A program made the position numbers and the translations under genes. From the NCBI GenBank assembly GCA_049322615.1, contig JBMORX010000009.1:130321-194320 (forward strand): a stretch of 64,000 nt of DNA, in the 5' to 3' direction. A model generated the notes under the pieces. It was not told the origin of the DNA and ran no database searches. It was given only the letters and a program-made list of their open reading frames with translations. The stretch is from Patescibacteria group bacterium (lineage in GTDB: Bacteria; Patescibacteriota; Microgenomatia; CAYGWK01). Shown one piece after another: positions 19,647-27,832 of the stretch; position 1 is the first letter of the stretch; each line of letters opens with the position of its first letter.

Positions 19647-20894
19647 TTAGGGGAATTTAAACTCGGGGATTTGGATTTGGGGGACAGTGGGAATGCTTAA
19701 GCCACCAGGTTGTCCAGGTATACCTTGAATTGTTTTTGACCAATCTTGATACCAGTTACCAGAAGTTCCTGTCCAATTCTTTAAACCTACCTCGGAAAGT
19801 TCAGCCCAACGCTTAAACATTCTTCCTAAAACCTCATTTATTTTCCCAACTTCAGCCGCATCTCCCCTCCCAGTTGCTTTTGACAAAAGGTCATAAAGAT
19901 AATTGGCTGCTTTTGAATAATGATCATTAAGACAAGATTGATAAGAAGCGGTATTGGCGTTTAAACACCCTTGATTTTTCGCCCAATCACTGGTTTTACC
20001 AGAAATAGTGTCCAGGGCATTGTAAAATTCTTGGCTGGTTTTGGCATCATAATAAGTTCCCCCAGTCACCTGGGCAATGCAAGAAAGCTGCTGTTTTGCC
20101 TTTGAGTCAACATCAAAACCAACCACATCAATCATGGGAGAAATTCCGCTTTGCTTAAGTTCCGCCGCCACTTTACAAGGATCACCGCCGCAAGTTTCGA
20201 TCCCATCGCTGACAAGAATAATCTTATTATTATCACTCTCATAACCGGCAAAAGAGCTTTGGGCTTTCTTGAAAGAATCAGCAATTGGTGTCCAACCAGT
20301 CGGCTTAAAAGTCTCAACCTGACTCTTAAAAGAAGCTTTATCAACCATCCCTATTGGGTATAAAAGATCAATGCCAGCGCAAGAAACCGCTTTATCAGCC
20401 GCAGAATTTGAACCCTTATGTCCATAAACCATCAAACCGGCCTTAATCTCGGCACTTAAATTATCAATATATTTCTTAAGGGCGGTCTTTGCAGCCTCAA
20501 TCTTGGTTTCGGCTCCCGCTTTACCAGCCATACTTCCGGAGGAGTCTTCGATGAAAAGAATATTAGTTTTCCCTTGAGGTTTGTTTGGAGACTCAAGGCT
20601 GCAACCCGCAGAGAGGGCGCAATCATTTTTATAAGGATCAAAACCTAGGGCAAGCTCTACAAAATTTGGAATGCCATCTCCATCGCTATCAAGGTCATAT
20701 TTATCAAGACTGGCAGGATTAAGAATTCCCGTTAGGGGTCCCTCGGTGACTATTTTTCCGGGTCCAAATTTCAAAAACCAAACTCCTCCCCCAACCAGAA
20801 GAAGGAGAACTCCAAAGATTAGCAAAACTCCTGCTATGCCGAATTCTTTAGCCTTCACTGTTTCCATTAAAACAAAGGTTTTTGGGCTTGTCAA
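19647..20894 (-). CDS. von Willebrand factor A (VWA)-domain protein, membrane-anchored, with a Ca-binding-like DSDGDG repeat
   Basis: N-terminal TM, a DSDGDGIPN motif, and the MIDAS motif DSSGSM in NILFIEDSSGSMAG. Confidence 0.7.
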   Translation of the reverse strand: MTSPKTFVLMETVKAKEFGIAGVLLIFGVLLLLVGGGVWFLKFGPGKIVTEGPLTGILNPASLDKYDLDSDGDGIPNFVELALGFDPYKNDCALSAGCSLESPNKPQGKTNILFIEDSSGSMAGKAGAETKIEAAKTALKKYIDNLSAEIKAGLMVYGHKGSNSAADKAVSCAGIDLLYPIGMVDKASFKSQVETFKPTGWTPIADSFKKAQSSFAGYESDNNKIILVSDGIETCGGDPCKVAAELKQSGISPMIDVVGFDVDSKAKQQLSCIAQVTGGTYYDAKTSQEFYNALDTISGKTSDWAKNQGCLNANTASYQSCLNDHYSKAANYLYDLLSKATGRGDAAEVGKINEVLGRMFKRWAELSEVGLKNWTGTSGNWYQDWSKTIQGIPGQPGGLSIPTVPQIQIPEFKFP

Positions 20895-20904
20895 GCCCCC
20901 AGCT

Positions 20905-21807
20905 TCACACCATTTCTTTTAAAGCCGCAATTCTTTCCTCAACTGGCGGATGGGTATTAAATAAATTGGCAAACCAACCCACAAATTTTTGACCCTTAAA
21001 AGGATTAACAATATAAAGATGGGCAGTGGCTTTATTAGCAGCTTCAAGCGGCTCTCGGTCTTTAGAGATTTTTTCTAGAGCTCTGGTTAGACCTTCAGGG
21101 AAACGGGTTAACATAGCCGCCGAAGCATCAGCCAAAAATTCTCGCCTTCGGGAAATGGCAAGCTGAATTAATTGGGCAATCAAGGGTGAAAGAAGAGCAA
21201 GAATTATTCCTATCAAAAACAAGATCACCCCCCAATTTCCCTTATCTCCCTCATCATCCCGAGCCCCAAATCTTATTCCTCGCAAAAACCAGTCAGCCAA
21301 TAAGGTTACCATTCCCACCAAGATGGTCACAATTCCCGCAAGCCTTGTATCAAAATTTCTCACATGAGAAAGCTCATGGGCAACTACCCCCTCAAGTTCG
21401 CTGCGATCCAGTTTTTCCAATAAACCTCTGGTTGCGCAAACCACCGCATGTTCCGGATCCCGACCGCAAGCCATGGCATTGGGGGCTGAATCATCAATAA
21501 CATAAAGACGAGGCATGGGAATTTGGGCAGCCATCGTCAGATTCTCACTCACAGTGAAAAAATTAAAATCTCTTCTTTTATCAGCCGGCCGAGCCCCAGA
21601 AATAGTCAAAATAATCTTATCTCCCCACCAGAAGCTTGAGAAACTCATTAGACCGGCCACAACCAAAGCAATTCCAACCATCCCCAGACCATAACCCAGT
21701 ATCTTAGCGAAAATCCAGGCAACTCCGGCAATAAAAGTCACGAACAGCACCATAATAATGGTGCTTCGCTTTTTATTGCGATCTATTTGTTCGTAAACAT
21801 TAATCAT
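20905..21807 (-). CDS. htpX: M48 zinc protease HtpX
   Basis: HELSHV (HExxH) plus TM helices; 300 aa. Confidence 0.85.
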   Translation of the reverse strand: MINVYEQIDRNKKRSTIIMVLFVTFIAGVAWIFAKILGYGLGMVGIALVVAGLMSFSSFWWGDKIILTISGARPADKRRDFNFFTVSENLTMAAQIPMPRLYVIDDSAPNAMACGRDPEHAVVCATRGLLEKLDRSELEGVVAHELSHVRNFDTRLAGIVTILVGMVTLLADWFLRGIRFGARDDEGDKGNWGVILFLIGIILALLSPLIAQLIQLAISRRREFLADASAAMLTRFPEGLTRALEKISKDREPLEAANKATAHLYIVNPFKGQKFVGWFANLFNTHPPVEERIAALKEMV

Positions 21808-21810
21808 CTT

Positions 21811-22416
21811 TTAAAACTCCACCTTAGGAGCCTTTGTTTCCTCTTCACCTACCTCAAGATGTTTTCCTTCTTCGGGTGTCTTAAGCCCCACTTCTTGTTG
21901 AAAGCCAAACATCTTGGCAATTAGATTTGAGGGAAAAGTAACCACCTTAATATTATAATCAGCCGTCAAATCAATTAATGTTCTTCGAGAATACATCACT
22001 TTGTCAGCCGTATCCCGAAGCTCATCCATGAGTTTTGCCGTTGGTCCGGCCGCCTGAAGTTGGGGAGTTGATTCAAATACCGCCCGAATCGGGGCTAAAG
22101 CCGACTGAAGTCGGCTCCCAGCGTCTATTAATTTTTGAGCGTCACCCAAATCAACCACCTTCATGACTGCCTTTCTCGCTTCAGTTAACTCATCAAAAAT
22201 TGTCTTTTCGTGTTTCATATAACCTTTTACCGAAGAAACTAGATTAGGAATAAGATCGGACTGTCTTTTAAGCTGGTTTCCGATTTCTTGAATCGAGGCG
22301 CGAATTCGCGTTTTTATGGTCACGAATTGGTTATACAAAGACCAGATGTAAAAAATGACTAAAGCCGCGATAATGATTAAAATTATTAATCCTGACATAT
22401 TATAGTTTATTTTCAC
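21811..22416 (-). CDS. lemA: LemA-family protein
   Basis: N-terminal TM plus LYNQFVTIKTRIRASIQEIGNQLKRQSDLIPNLV is the LemA pattern. The classic LemA-HtpX gene pair. Confidence 0.85.
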   Translation of the reverse strand: MKINYNMSGLIILIIIAALVIFYIWSLYNQFVTIKTRIRASIQEIGNQLKRQSDLIPNLVSSVKGYMKHEKTIFDELTEARKAVMKVVDLGDAQKLIDAGSRLQSALAPIRAVFESTPQLQAAGPTAKLMDELRDTADKVMYSRRTLIDLTADYNIKVVTFPSNLIAKMFGFQQEVGLKTPEEGKHLEVGEEETKAPKVEF

Positions 22417-22527
22417 CCCCTCTCTGTGCCTTCAGGAGTAGGAAGTTCTATTTCCGAATGCACCCCCGTAACACTGAAGGCGAAACTTCTGTGTTCTCTG
22501 TGTTGCAAGCCTCCCATTCGGAATCTA
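22417..22527 (-). repeat. conserved 5' leader element, copy B (see 1060..1198)
   Basis: Shares the CACCCCCTCTCTGTGCCTTCAGGAGTAGGAAGTT...TTCCGAATGCACCCC...CTGTGTTGCAAG...TTCGGAATCTA blocks with copy A. Ends in GAGGGGGTGAAAATAAACTATAATATG, which is the lemA start. Confidence 0.5.
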
Positions 22528-24327
22528 TTCCAAAAGTTTCTTAAATTCACTATATCCTAGCGTATTTATTATATCACCTTTTTCTGCCCATCCACGCCTG
22601 GCGACCGCTACTCCATAACGCATCAGCTCCATCTGGTCAACAGCGTGAGCATCAGTGCAAATTACCATTTTCACCGCCGCTCTTGCCGCTTCACGGACAA
22701 GTGTATCTGGAAGATCAAGCCTATCAGGCCAAGCATTAATTTCCAACCAGATATTTCGTTTTTTACAAAAATCAAAAATCTCCTCCCAATCAAGTTCATA
22801 TCCTTCTCGCTCATTTAATTTTCTACCAGTTGGGTGACCCAAAATTTTTACCTTTGGATGTCTAAGGGCGGCTAAAACTCGTTTTGTCATCTCCTGGCGA
22901 CCCATTCTAAAGCTTGAATGAATTGAAACCATAACGAAATCTAAAAGATCTAATCCCTTTTCCGGAATCCCTAACGTTCCGTTGGGCTTTATGTCAACTT
23001 CAAGCCCATTAAGAGCCTGTATGAGCAATTTATTTCCTCTTTTTTCATGAGAGTAGTTTAATTTATCAATTCTTTCTTTTTTCCGCTTCAGTATGCTAAT
23101 TATTTGTTCAAGGCTATGTTTGCTAGTACTCGGATTATGTTCACAAAAACCAACATATTCATACCCAAGTTCTAATCCTTTATCCATTATCTCCTCCATT
23201 GAGCTTATCCCTTCATCATGGCTAGTTTCAATTGGAAAATCAGAATGGATATGGAGATCTCCTTTGATGTCCCTTAACTCTACTAATTTTGGCAGACCGC
23301 CTGGTTTACCCTGAGCGGAGCGAAGGGAAGCCTCAATTTCTCCAGTGTCCTCCCTTATCTCAGGCGGAATCCAATCCATCCCCAGGGCTTTATAGAACTC
23401 TTCTTCAGTAGCATAACTTCCCACTTCCCACTTTCCACTTCCCACTTTCTTTTTAATCCCATATTCAGACAAAGAAAGACCTTTCTTTAAAGCATACTCC
23501 CTAAGAGCAATATTATGTTGTTTTGAGCCAGTAAAATGCTGTAGAAGGGCTCCGTAAGAAGAAACTGGTTGAACCATAAGGTCAACCTGATAGCCAGATT
23601 TGAGGACTAAAGAGGCGGTCGCCGTTCCCGCCTCAAGAACTCTTTTTTTCTTTGGATAGGCAACAAAATGCGAAATAACCTCCTTTGGTTTATCAGTCGC
23701 CGCCGCAATATCAACATCACCAACAGTGGAAACCATTCTTCGAAGCGAACCTAAAGGGTCAGTCCGAATAACGTCAGGAGATTTCTTAAGCCAAAAAAGA
23801 ATATCATCTGCCACTTGAGCCGCATAAGGCAAAAGGATCCTGGTTGTCTTTCGCCGAAATTCTTCAATTCCCCGTAAAATATCCTTTTCTGATTCCTCTC
23901 CAAAACCCTCAATCACTCTTATTTCTCCACTTTTAGCCTTTTCTCCAAGTTCAGAAATCGCTGTTTTGGGATTTTTAAGTCCAAGCTCCTTGGAAAGTTT
24001 ATAAGCAGTCTTAGCCCCAACTCCCGGAATCGATAAAAGCTCAAACATGGCTGGAGGCAAACCAGACATCACTTCTTGAAAATGTTTTACTTTTCCAGTT
24101 CTGAAAAGTTCATCAAGATGGGAAGCAATTGCCGCTCCTATTCCCGCCAATTCTCCTAGCTTTCCGTCATCCCAAAGATCTTTAACTTCGCTTGAGGCGT
24201 GTTCAACTGAGGTTGCCGCCCGATCATAAGCCATAATCTTAAACCTATCTCCTCCTTTAATCTCATAAGCAGCTGCCATAGAGTGGAGGAGTTTAGCCAC
24301 TTCCTGATTGGTGAATTCTTTAGCCAT
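22525..24327 (-). CDS. polX: family X DNA polymerase with C-terminal PHP domain (PolX)
   Basis: HhH motifs (GIGAKTAYKL), Pol-beta-like core, PHP domain (DLHIHSDFP...H..). Contains an in-frame GGGAAGT-family repeat at 23417..23450. Confidence 0.85.
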   Translation of the reverse strand: MAKEFTNQEVAKLLHSMAAAYEIKGGDRFKIMAYDRAATSVEHASSEVKDLWDDGKLGELAGIGAAIASHLDELFRTGKVKHFQEVMSGLPPAMFELLSIPGVGAKTAYKLSKELGLKNPKTAISELGEKAKSGEIRVIEGFGEESEKDILRGIEEFRRKTTRILLPYAAQVADDILFWLKKSPDVIRTDPLGSLRRMVSTVGDVDIAAATDKPKEVISHFVAYPKKKRVLEAGTATASLVLKSGYQVDLMVQPVSSYGALLQHFTGSKQHNIALREYALKKGLSLSEYGIKKKVGSGKWEVGSYATEEEFYKALGMDWIPPEIREDTGEIEASLRSAQGKPGGLPKLVELRDIKGDLHIHSDFPIETSHDEGISSMEEIMDKGLELGYEYVGFCEHNPSTSKHSLEQIISILKRKKERIDKLNYSHEKRGNKLLIQALNGLEVDIKPNGTLGIPEKGLDLLDFVMVSIHSSFRMGRQEMTKRVLAALRHPKVKILGHPTGRKLNEREGYELDWEEIFDFCKKRNIWLEINAWPDRLDLPDTLVREAARAAVKMVICTDAHAVDQMELMRYGVAVARRGWAEKGDIINTLGYSEFKKLLE

Positions 24328-24388
24328 TCTGCAAACATAATAACAAAAGATTGACTGGCTGACAATATTCTGCTATAGTATTTTCGTT

Positions 24389-24464
24389 GGGTCCGTAGTG
24401 TAGCGGTTAACATGCTTCCCTGTCGAGGAAGAGATCGGGGGTTCGATTCCCCTCGGACCCGCCA
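24389..24464 (+). tRNA. tRNA-Asp (GTC), CCA encoded
   Basis: Cloverleaf read directly: acceptor GGGTCCG/CGGACCC, anticodon loop CTGTCGA, T-loop TTCGATT, 3' GCCA. Confidence 0.9.
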
Positions 24465-24541
24465 ATCTGCCCAATTCTCCTGCCTCCCTCCTTCGCGTAA
24501 AGCTACGGAGGGCAAAGAAAGGAGGTGAATAAGGGCAAAAC

Positions 24542-25111
24542 ATGGACCTTAAAGAACTTTTAAAAAGACTCAAACTTTCTGAACAAACAGTCAGCACGGT
24601 TTTGGGAGCTTTGGTTATTGTGGTAGTTGGGGTTTTGATCTTTAACTATTTCCGGGGCGTCGGCAGAAAGCCAACTCTTGAAAAGCCGGCTCAACCAGGA
24701 GAAATAAAACTAATCGAAGAGGGAGGAAAAATTGTTCCTGAAGGGTTACCAACTACTTACAAGGTTGAAAAAGGAGATCATCTTTGGGCAATTTCTCAAA
24801 AATTTTTTGGTTCAGGCTATAACTGGGTTGATATTGCTAGAGAAAATCGGCTTAAAAACCCAAACAGGCTCTTGGTTGATCAAGAATTAAGTATTCCCAA
24901 AGTTGAAGTGAGAAAACCGGTTGTCGCTCAAGCAAAATTTGGCGAACCAATATCAGGCTCAAGTTACACTGTTTTAAAGGGTGACCATTTATGGGGAATT
25001 GCGGTTCGAGCCTATGGCGATGGCTATAAATGGGTAGAAATTGCCAAAGCCAATAATCTAGCCAACCCGAATCTGATTCATCCAGGAAATATTTTGACTT
25101 TACCGAGATAA
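24542..25111 (+). CDS. LysM-domain protein (two LysM repeats) with N-terminal TM anchor
   Basis: The LysM consensus YKVEKGDHLWAISQKFFG...W..IA..N and YTVLKGDHLWGIA occur twice. RBS AAAGGAGGTGA. Confidence 0.75.
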   Translation: MDLKELLKRLKLSEQTVSTVLGALVIVVVGVLIFNYFRGVGRKPTLEKPAQPGEIKLIEEGGKIVPEGLPTTYKVEKGDHLWAISQKFFGSGYNWVDIARENRLKNPNRLLVDQELSIPKVEVRKPVVAQAKFGEPISGSSYTVLKGDHLWGIAVRAYGDGYKWVEIAKANNLANPNLIHPGNILTLPR

Positions 25112-25113
25112 AA

Positions 25114-25184
25114 GCGGGTATAGTTGAGCGGCTCAACATTACCTTCCCAAGGTAAAAAGACGGGTTCGACTCCCGTTACCCGCT
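25114..25184 (+). tRNA. tRNA-Gly (CCC)
   Basis: Acceptor GCGGGTA/TACCCGC, anticodon loop TTCCCAA, T-loop TTCGACT. No encoded CCA. Confidence 0.8.
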
Positions 25185-25368
25185 CAAGTGGAAAAATGCC
25201 GCCTTAGCTCCCCGTAGAATACTTGCTTGCTCGCAAGGTTTACATCCTTACCTCGCAAGGGCGTATCTACGGGACAAGCAGTTGGCAACAACAACCAAGC
25301 GCTGGCGTAGCTCAACGGTAGAGTTCCGTTCCGACCGAAGGTCGAGAACGAGAATCCACGATTTTTTC
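25185..25368 (+). other. tRNA-like fragments and stable hairpins in the tRNA-cluster spacer (no complete cloverleaf)
   Basis: An 11-bp hairpin CCCGTAGAATAC...GTATCTACGGG with nested stems is followed by GCTGGCGTAGCTCAACGGTAGAGT. That is a canonical tRNA 5' half (acceptor plus D-arm) with no matching 3' half. Confidence 0.25.
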
Positions 25369-25439
25369 GCCTTCCAAGCATTGGGGCGATGCAGAGACTT
25401 CGTAAGTCTCAGAGCGGGGTTCGACTCCCCGGGAAGGCT
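25369..25439 (+). tRNA. tRNA-Thr (CGT), atypical D-loop
   Basis: All four stems pair perfectly: GCCTTCC/GGAAGGC, GCAT/ATGC, GAGAC/GTCTC, CGGGG/CCCCG. Anticodon loop TTCGTAA. Confidence 0.6.
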
Positions 25440-25442
25440 CAG

Positions 25443-25811
25443 ATGTTCTATGTTTACATTTTAAAAAGTTTAAAAGATAATTCATATTATATTGGTAGCA
25501 CTGCCAATTTAAGGCAAAGGATAAACCAACATAACCAGGGTAAATCAAGGTATACGAAGGATAAGAAACCATGGAAGTTACTCTACTTTGAGAAATACCC
25601 AACTCGCATTGAAGCTGTAAAGAGAGAAATAAAAATTAAATCGAGGAAAAAGAGATCTTTCGTAGAAAAATTAATATGTAGCGAAAAAATCGGGACAGGG
25701 CTTTCGCCCGCCTTGACTCGCCGAAGTAGCTTAGTGGAAGAGCGGTGGTTTCGTAAACCATTGGCAGGAGTTCGATTCTCCTCTTCGGCTCAAGGTCGGC
25801 GAGGCAGGTAA
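25443..25811 (+). CDS. GIY-YIG nuclease-domain protein (short, stand-alone)
   Basis: MFYVYILKSLKDNSYYIGSTANLRQRINQHNQG...KPWKLLYFEKY is the GIY-YIG motif. The frame has no stop until 25811, so it reads through the tRNA-Thr at 25720..25790. Confidence 0.55.
   Translation: MFYVYILKSLKDNSYYIGSTANLRQRINQHNQGKSRYTKDKKPWKLLYFEKYPTRIEAVKREIKIKSRKKRSFVEKLICSEKIGTGLSPALTRRSSLVEERWFRKPLAGVRFSSSAQGRRGR
25720..25790 (+). tRNA. tRNA-Thr (CGT)
   Basis: Acceptor GCCGAAG/CTTCGGC, D-arm GCTT-AGTGGAA-GAGC, anticodon loop TTCGTAA, T-loop TTCGATT. Confidence 0.75.
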
Positions 25812-25926
25812 AGCCAAGGTCCTGGGCCTGCCCCGTTAAAATCGCTCCACGAGCCGCAGTAGAAATCTACTAAGGCAAGTGGTAAGATTAGACGGGGTTC
25901 AAATCCGAGAGGCGGCTCAATTTCCT

Positions 25927-26649
25927 ATGGTTACTTTTCACTCACGCCTTGTGAAAAAAGAAAAGGCAAGAAGCCTTAGACGAACTGTAATTTTTAGCGG
26001 CTTGACCATCCTTTTTGTTTTAGGACTTATCTTTTGGGGCATTCCCTCACTTATCAAAATTGCGATTTTCTTCTCGGAAATTAAAAGTTCAAGCACTCCG
26101 GTTGAGCAATCTGATATTTTACCTCCTGCCCCCCCAAAAATTAATCCTTTACCTGAGGCGACTAATATAGGAGTAATGTCTCTTTCTGGTTTTGCCGAAG
26201 CAGGCTCAACTGTGGAGGTTTTTTTAAATAATTCCTCTTACCAAAAAGTGATTACTTCAGAAGATGGAACCTTTTTGGCTGACAATCTAAACTTAACTGA
26301 GGGACAAAACGAAATTTACGCCACTGCCCAAGACAATGCAGGCAACAAAAGTCAACCCTCGGCAAAGATGATTATTGTTTTTGATAAAACCCCACCTGAA
26401 TTAACAATAGACAAACCGCAAGATAAAGCCCACTTTATTGGTGAAAAACAAAGAAAAATTCAAATCTCTGGCAAAACCGATCCAGGGACAATATTGACCA
26501 TTAATGAACATTTAGAAGTTCTTGATAAAGACGGAAATTTTTCTCTATCCTTCACCCTTTCTGAAGGAGAAAACGTCTTGAAGTTTATTGCTACTGATCA
26601 AGCCGGAAATAAAACCGAAAAAGAAATCAAGGTCACCTTTACGCCTTAG
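25927..26649 (+). CDS. secreted or membrane-anchored protein with bacterial Ig-like repeats
   Basis: N-terminal TM (VIFSGLTILFVLGLIFWGI) and two repeats of the pattern DNAGNKS/DQAGNKT...V.F(T/D). Start placed at MVTFHS; the upstream part of the ORF overlaps tRNA-like sequence. Confidence 0.45.
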   Translation: MVTFHSRLVKKEKARSLRRTVIFSGLTILFVLGLIFWGIPSLIKIAIFFSEIKSSSTPVEQSDILPPAPPKINPLPEATNIGVMSLSGFAEAGSTVEVFLNNSSYQKVITSEDGTFLADNLNLTEGQNEIYATAQDNAGNKSQPSAKMIIVFDKTPPELTIDKPQDKAHFIGEKQRKIQISGKTDPGTILTINEHLEVLDKDGNFSLSFTLSEGENVLKFIATDQAGNKTEKEIKVTFTP

Positions 26650-27832
26650 CTTCAGTTGTTCCCAATAAAATCCACAGCCAACCCATAATCCAAGGATAAA
26701 ATAGGCTATTAACGAACCAGGAATGAACCAATAGAGCGATAACGCTTGCCAGAACCAGCAAATTCGCTGCCTTGGCGGAATTTACAAGAATTTTTCCCCA
26801 AAGCCAAAGATATGCCAAAAGACCAAAAATTCCCGTCGTCGCTAAAACAAATAAAAGGCTAGAATCCGCTCCCCCACCAGCATGCGAGGCTCGCCAATTG
26901 GCAAATTCTAAAAAACCATAATCTCGCTGGGCATAACGGTAGGCATTAAACCCGACTCCAAAAAGTAGATGCTCCTTGGCGATCACCAGCGACTGTCTCC
27001 AATTAATTAGGCGAAATTTAATTGTGCTTTCCCTCTCAAGTCTAACTCCCTCTCCACCAGGACGAGGTAAAAGAAAAACAGTGATAATGCCTGCCACTAG
27101 AACGGCAAGGAAAAACTTCGGTGCTTTCTTTACCCAGGCAATTGTCCCCATCGCCCCCAAATAAGCCAAGTAAGAAGCCCGAGAATAGGTCAAAGCCAAA
27201 GCCACATAAACAATCATTCCCACCAAAAAAATGATTCCTCTGTGCTTCATTTTTTCATCACTATGTAGCGATGAAACAATTAAAATGAGGGTTAAAACGA
27301 GAATTGCCCCAAGAAATCCCGGATCAAAAAAGGTTCCAATAACCCGGTAAAGATGCGGATCCCAACCATATTTTTCCAAAAATCTGGTATCGGGAACAAA
27401 AATATATTGAAGCAGACCTAAAACGGCTGTTGCTGTCCCAGTTATCATCAAACAACTTAAAATGCTTTGCACTTTGCACTTTGCACTTTGCACTAAATCG
27501 TAGATAACAAAATATAAACCGGCGTAAAAAATCCAACGAAGAAGATACAACCAAGAAACTAACCTTTCTCGTCCAGACAAAAGACTCAGCGAATTCAAGG
27601 CTAAGGAGATAAAGCAGAGAGAAAAAAACAAAAAAATTTGCTTTGCCAGTGGAGGAAGAATAAATTTATCTCTTTTTGAGAGTTTCCAAACTAGCCAACT
27701 TGAGACTAAAAACCCAACTAGAACATCGGCTAAATGAACATTTATTTCGGTTATTTCGAGGGTGAAGCGAGTCAGTTGACCAAGGGTAAAAACAACAAGG
27801 TAGCAATATAGCAAAATGATAATTAACTTCAT
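26639..27832 (-). CDS. O-antigen ligase/polymerase-like polytopic membrane protein (Wzy_C-like)
   Basis: 10+ TM helices with a large periplasmic loop. Contains a 7-mer x4 tandem repeat at 27466..27495. Confidence 0.55.
   Translation of the reverse strand: MKLIIILLYCYLVVFTLGQLTRFTLEITEINVHLADVLVGFLVSSWLVWKLSKRDKFILPPLAKQIFLFFSLCFISLALNSLSLLSGRERLVSWLYLLRWIFYAGLYFVIYDLVQSAKCKVQSILSCLMITGTATAVLGLLQYIFVPDTRFLEKYGWDPHLYRVIGTFFDPGFLGAILVLTLILIVSSLHSDEKMKHRGIIFLVGMIVYVALALTYSRASYLAYLGAMGTIAWVKKAPKFFLAVLVAGIITVFLLPRPGGEGVRLERESTIKFRLINWRQSLVIAKEHLLFGVGFNAYRYAQRDYGFLEFANWRASHAGGGADSSLLFVLATTGIFGLLAYLWLWGKILVNSAKAANLLVLASVIALLVHSWFVNSLFYPWIMGWLWILLGTTEAKA
27466..27495. repeat. heptanucleotide tandem repeat (CTTTGCA)x4 inside the coding sequence
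   Basis: GCTTTGCACTTTGCACTTTGCACTTTGCAC. The unit length is not a multiple of 3. Confidence 0.8.

Noticed and set aside
24156-24597. ORFs 24156..24515 and 24373..24597 (minus strand)
   Set aside because: They overlap tRNA-Asp and the GC-rich tRNA flank. Composition-driven open frames, not protein-like.
25184-25602. ORFs 25184..25381, 25282..25464 and 25312..25602
   Set aside because: They lie within the tRNA cluster and spacer. The open frames are explained by GC-rich tRNA sequence, not genes.
25838-25925. Possible extra tRNA (acceptor GAGCCGC/GCGGCTC, GGTTCAAATCC T-loop-like)
   Set aside because: The T-stem cannot be paired: CGGGG vs CCGAG gives 3 of 5. No D-arm or anticodon arm can be drawn. 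Likely a degenerate fragment or coincidence.
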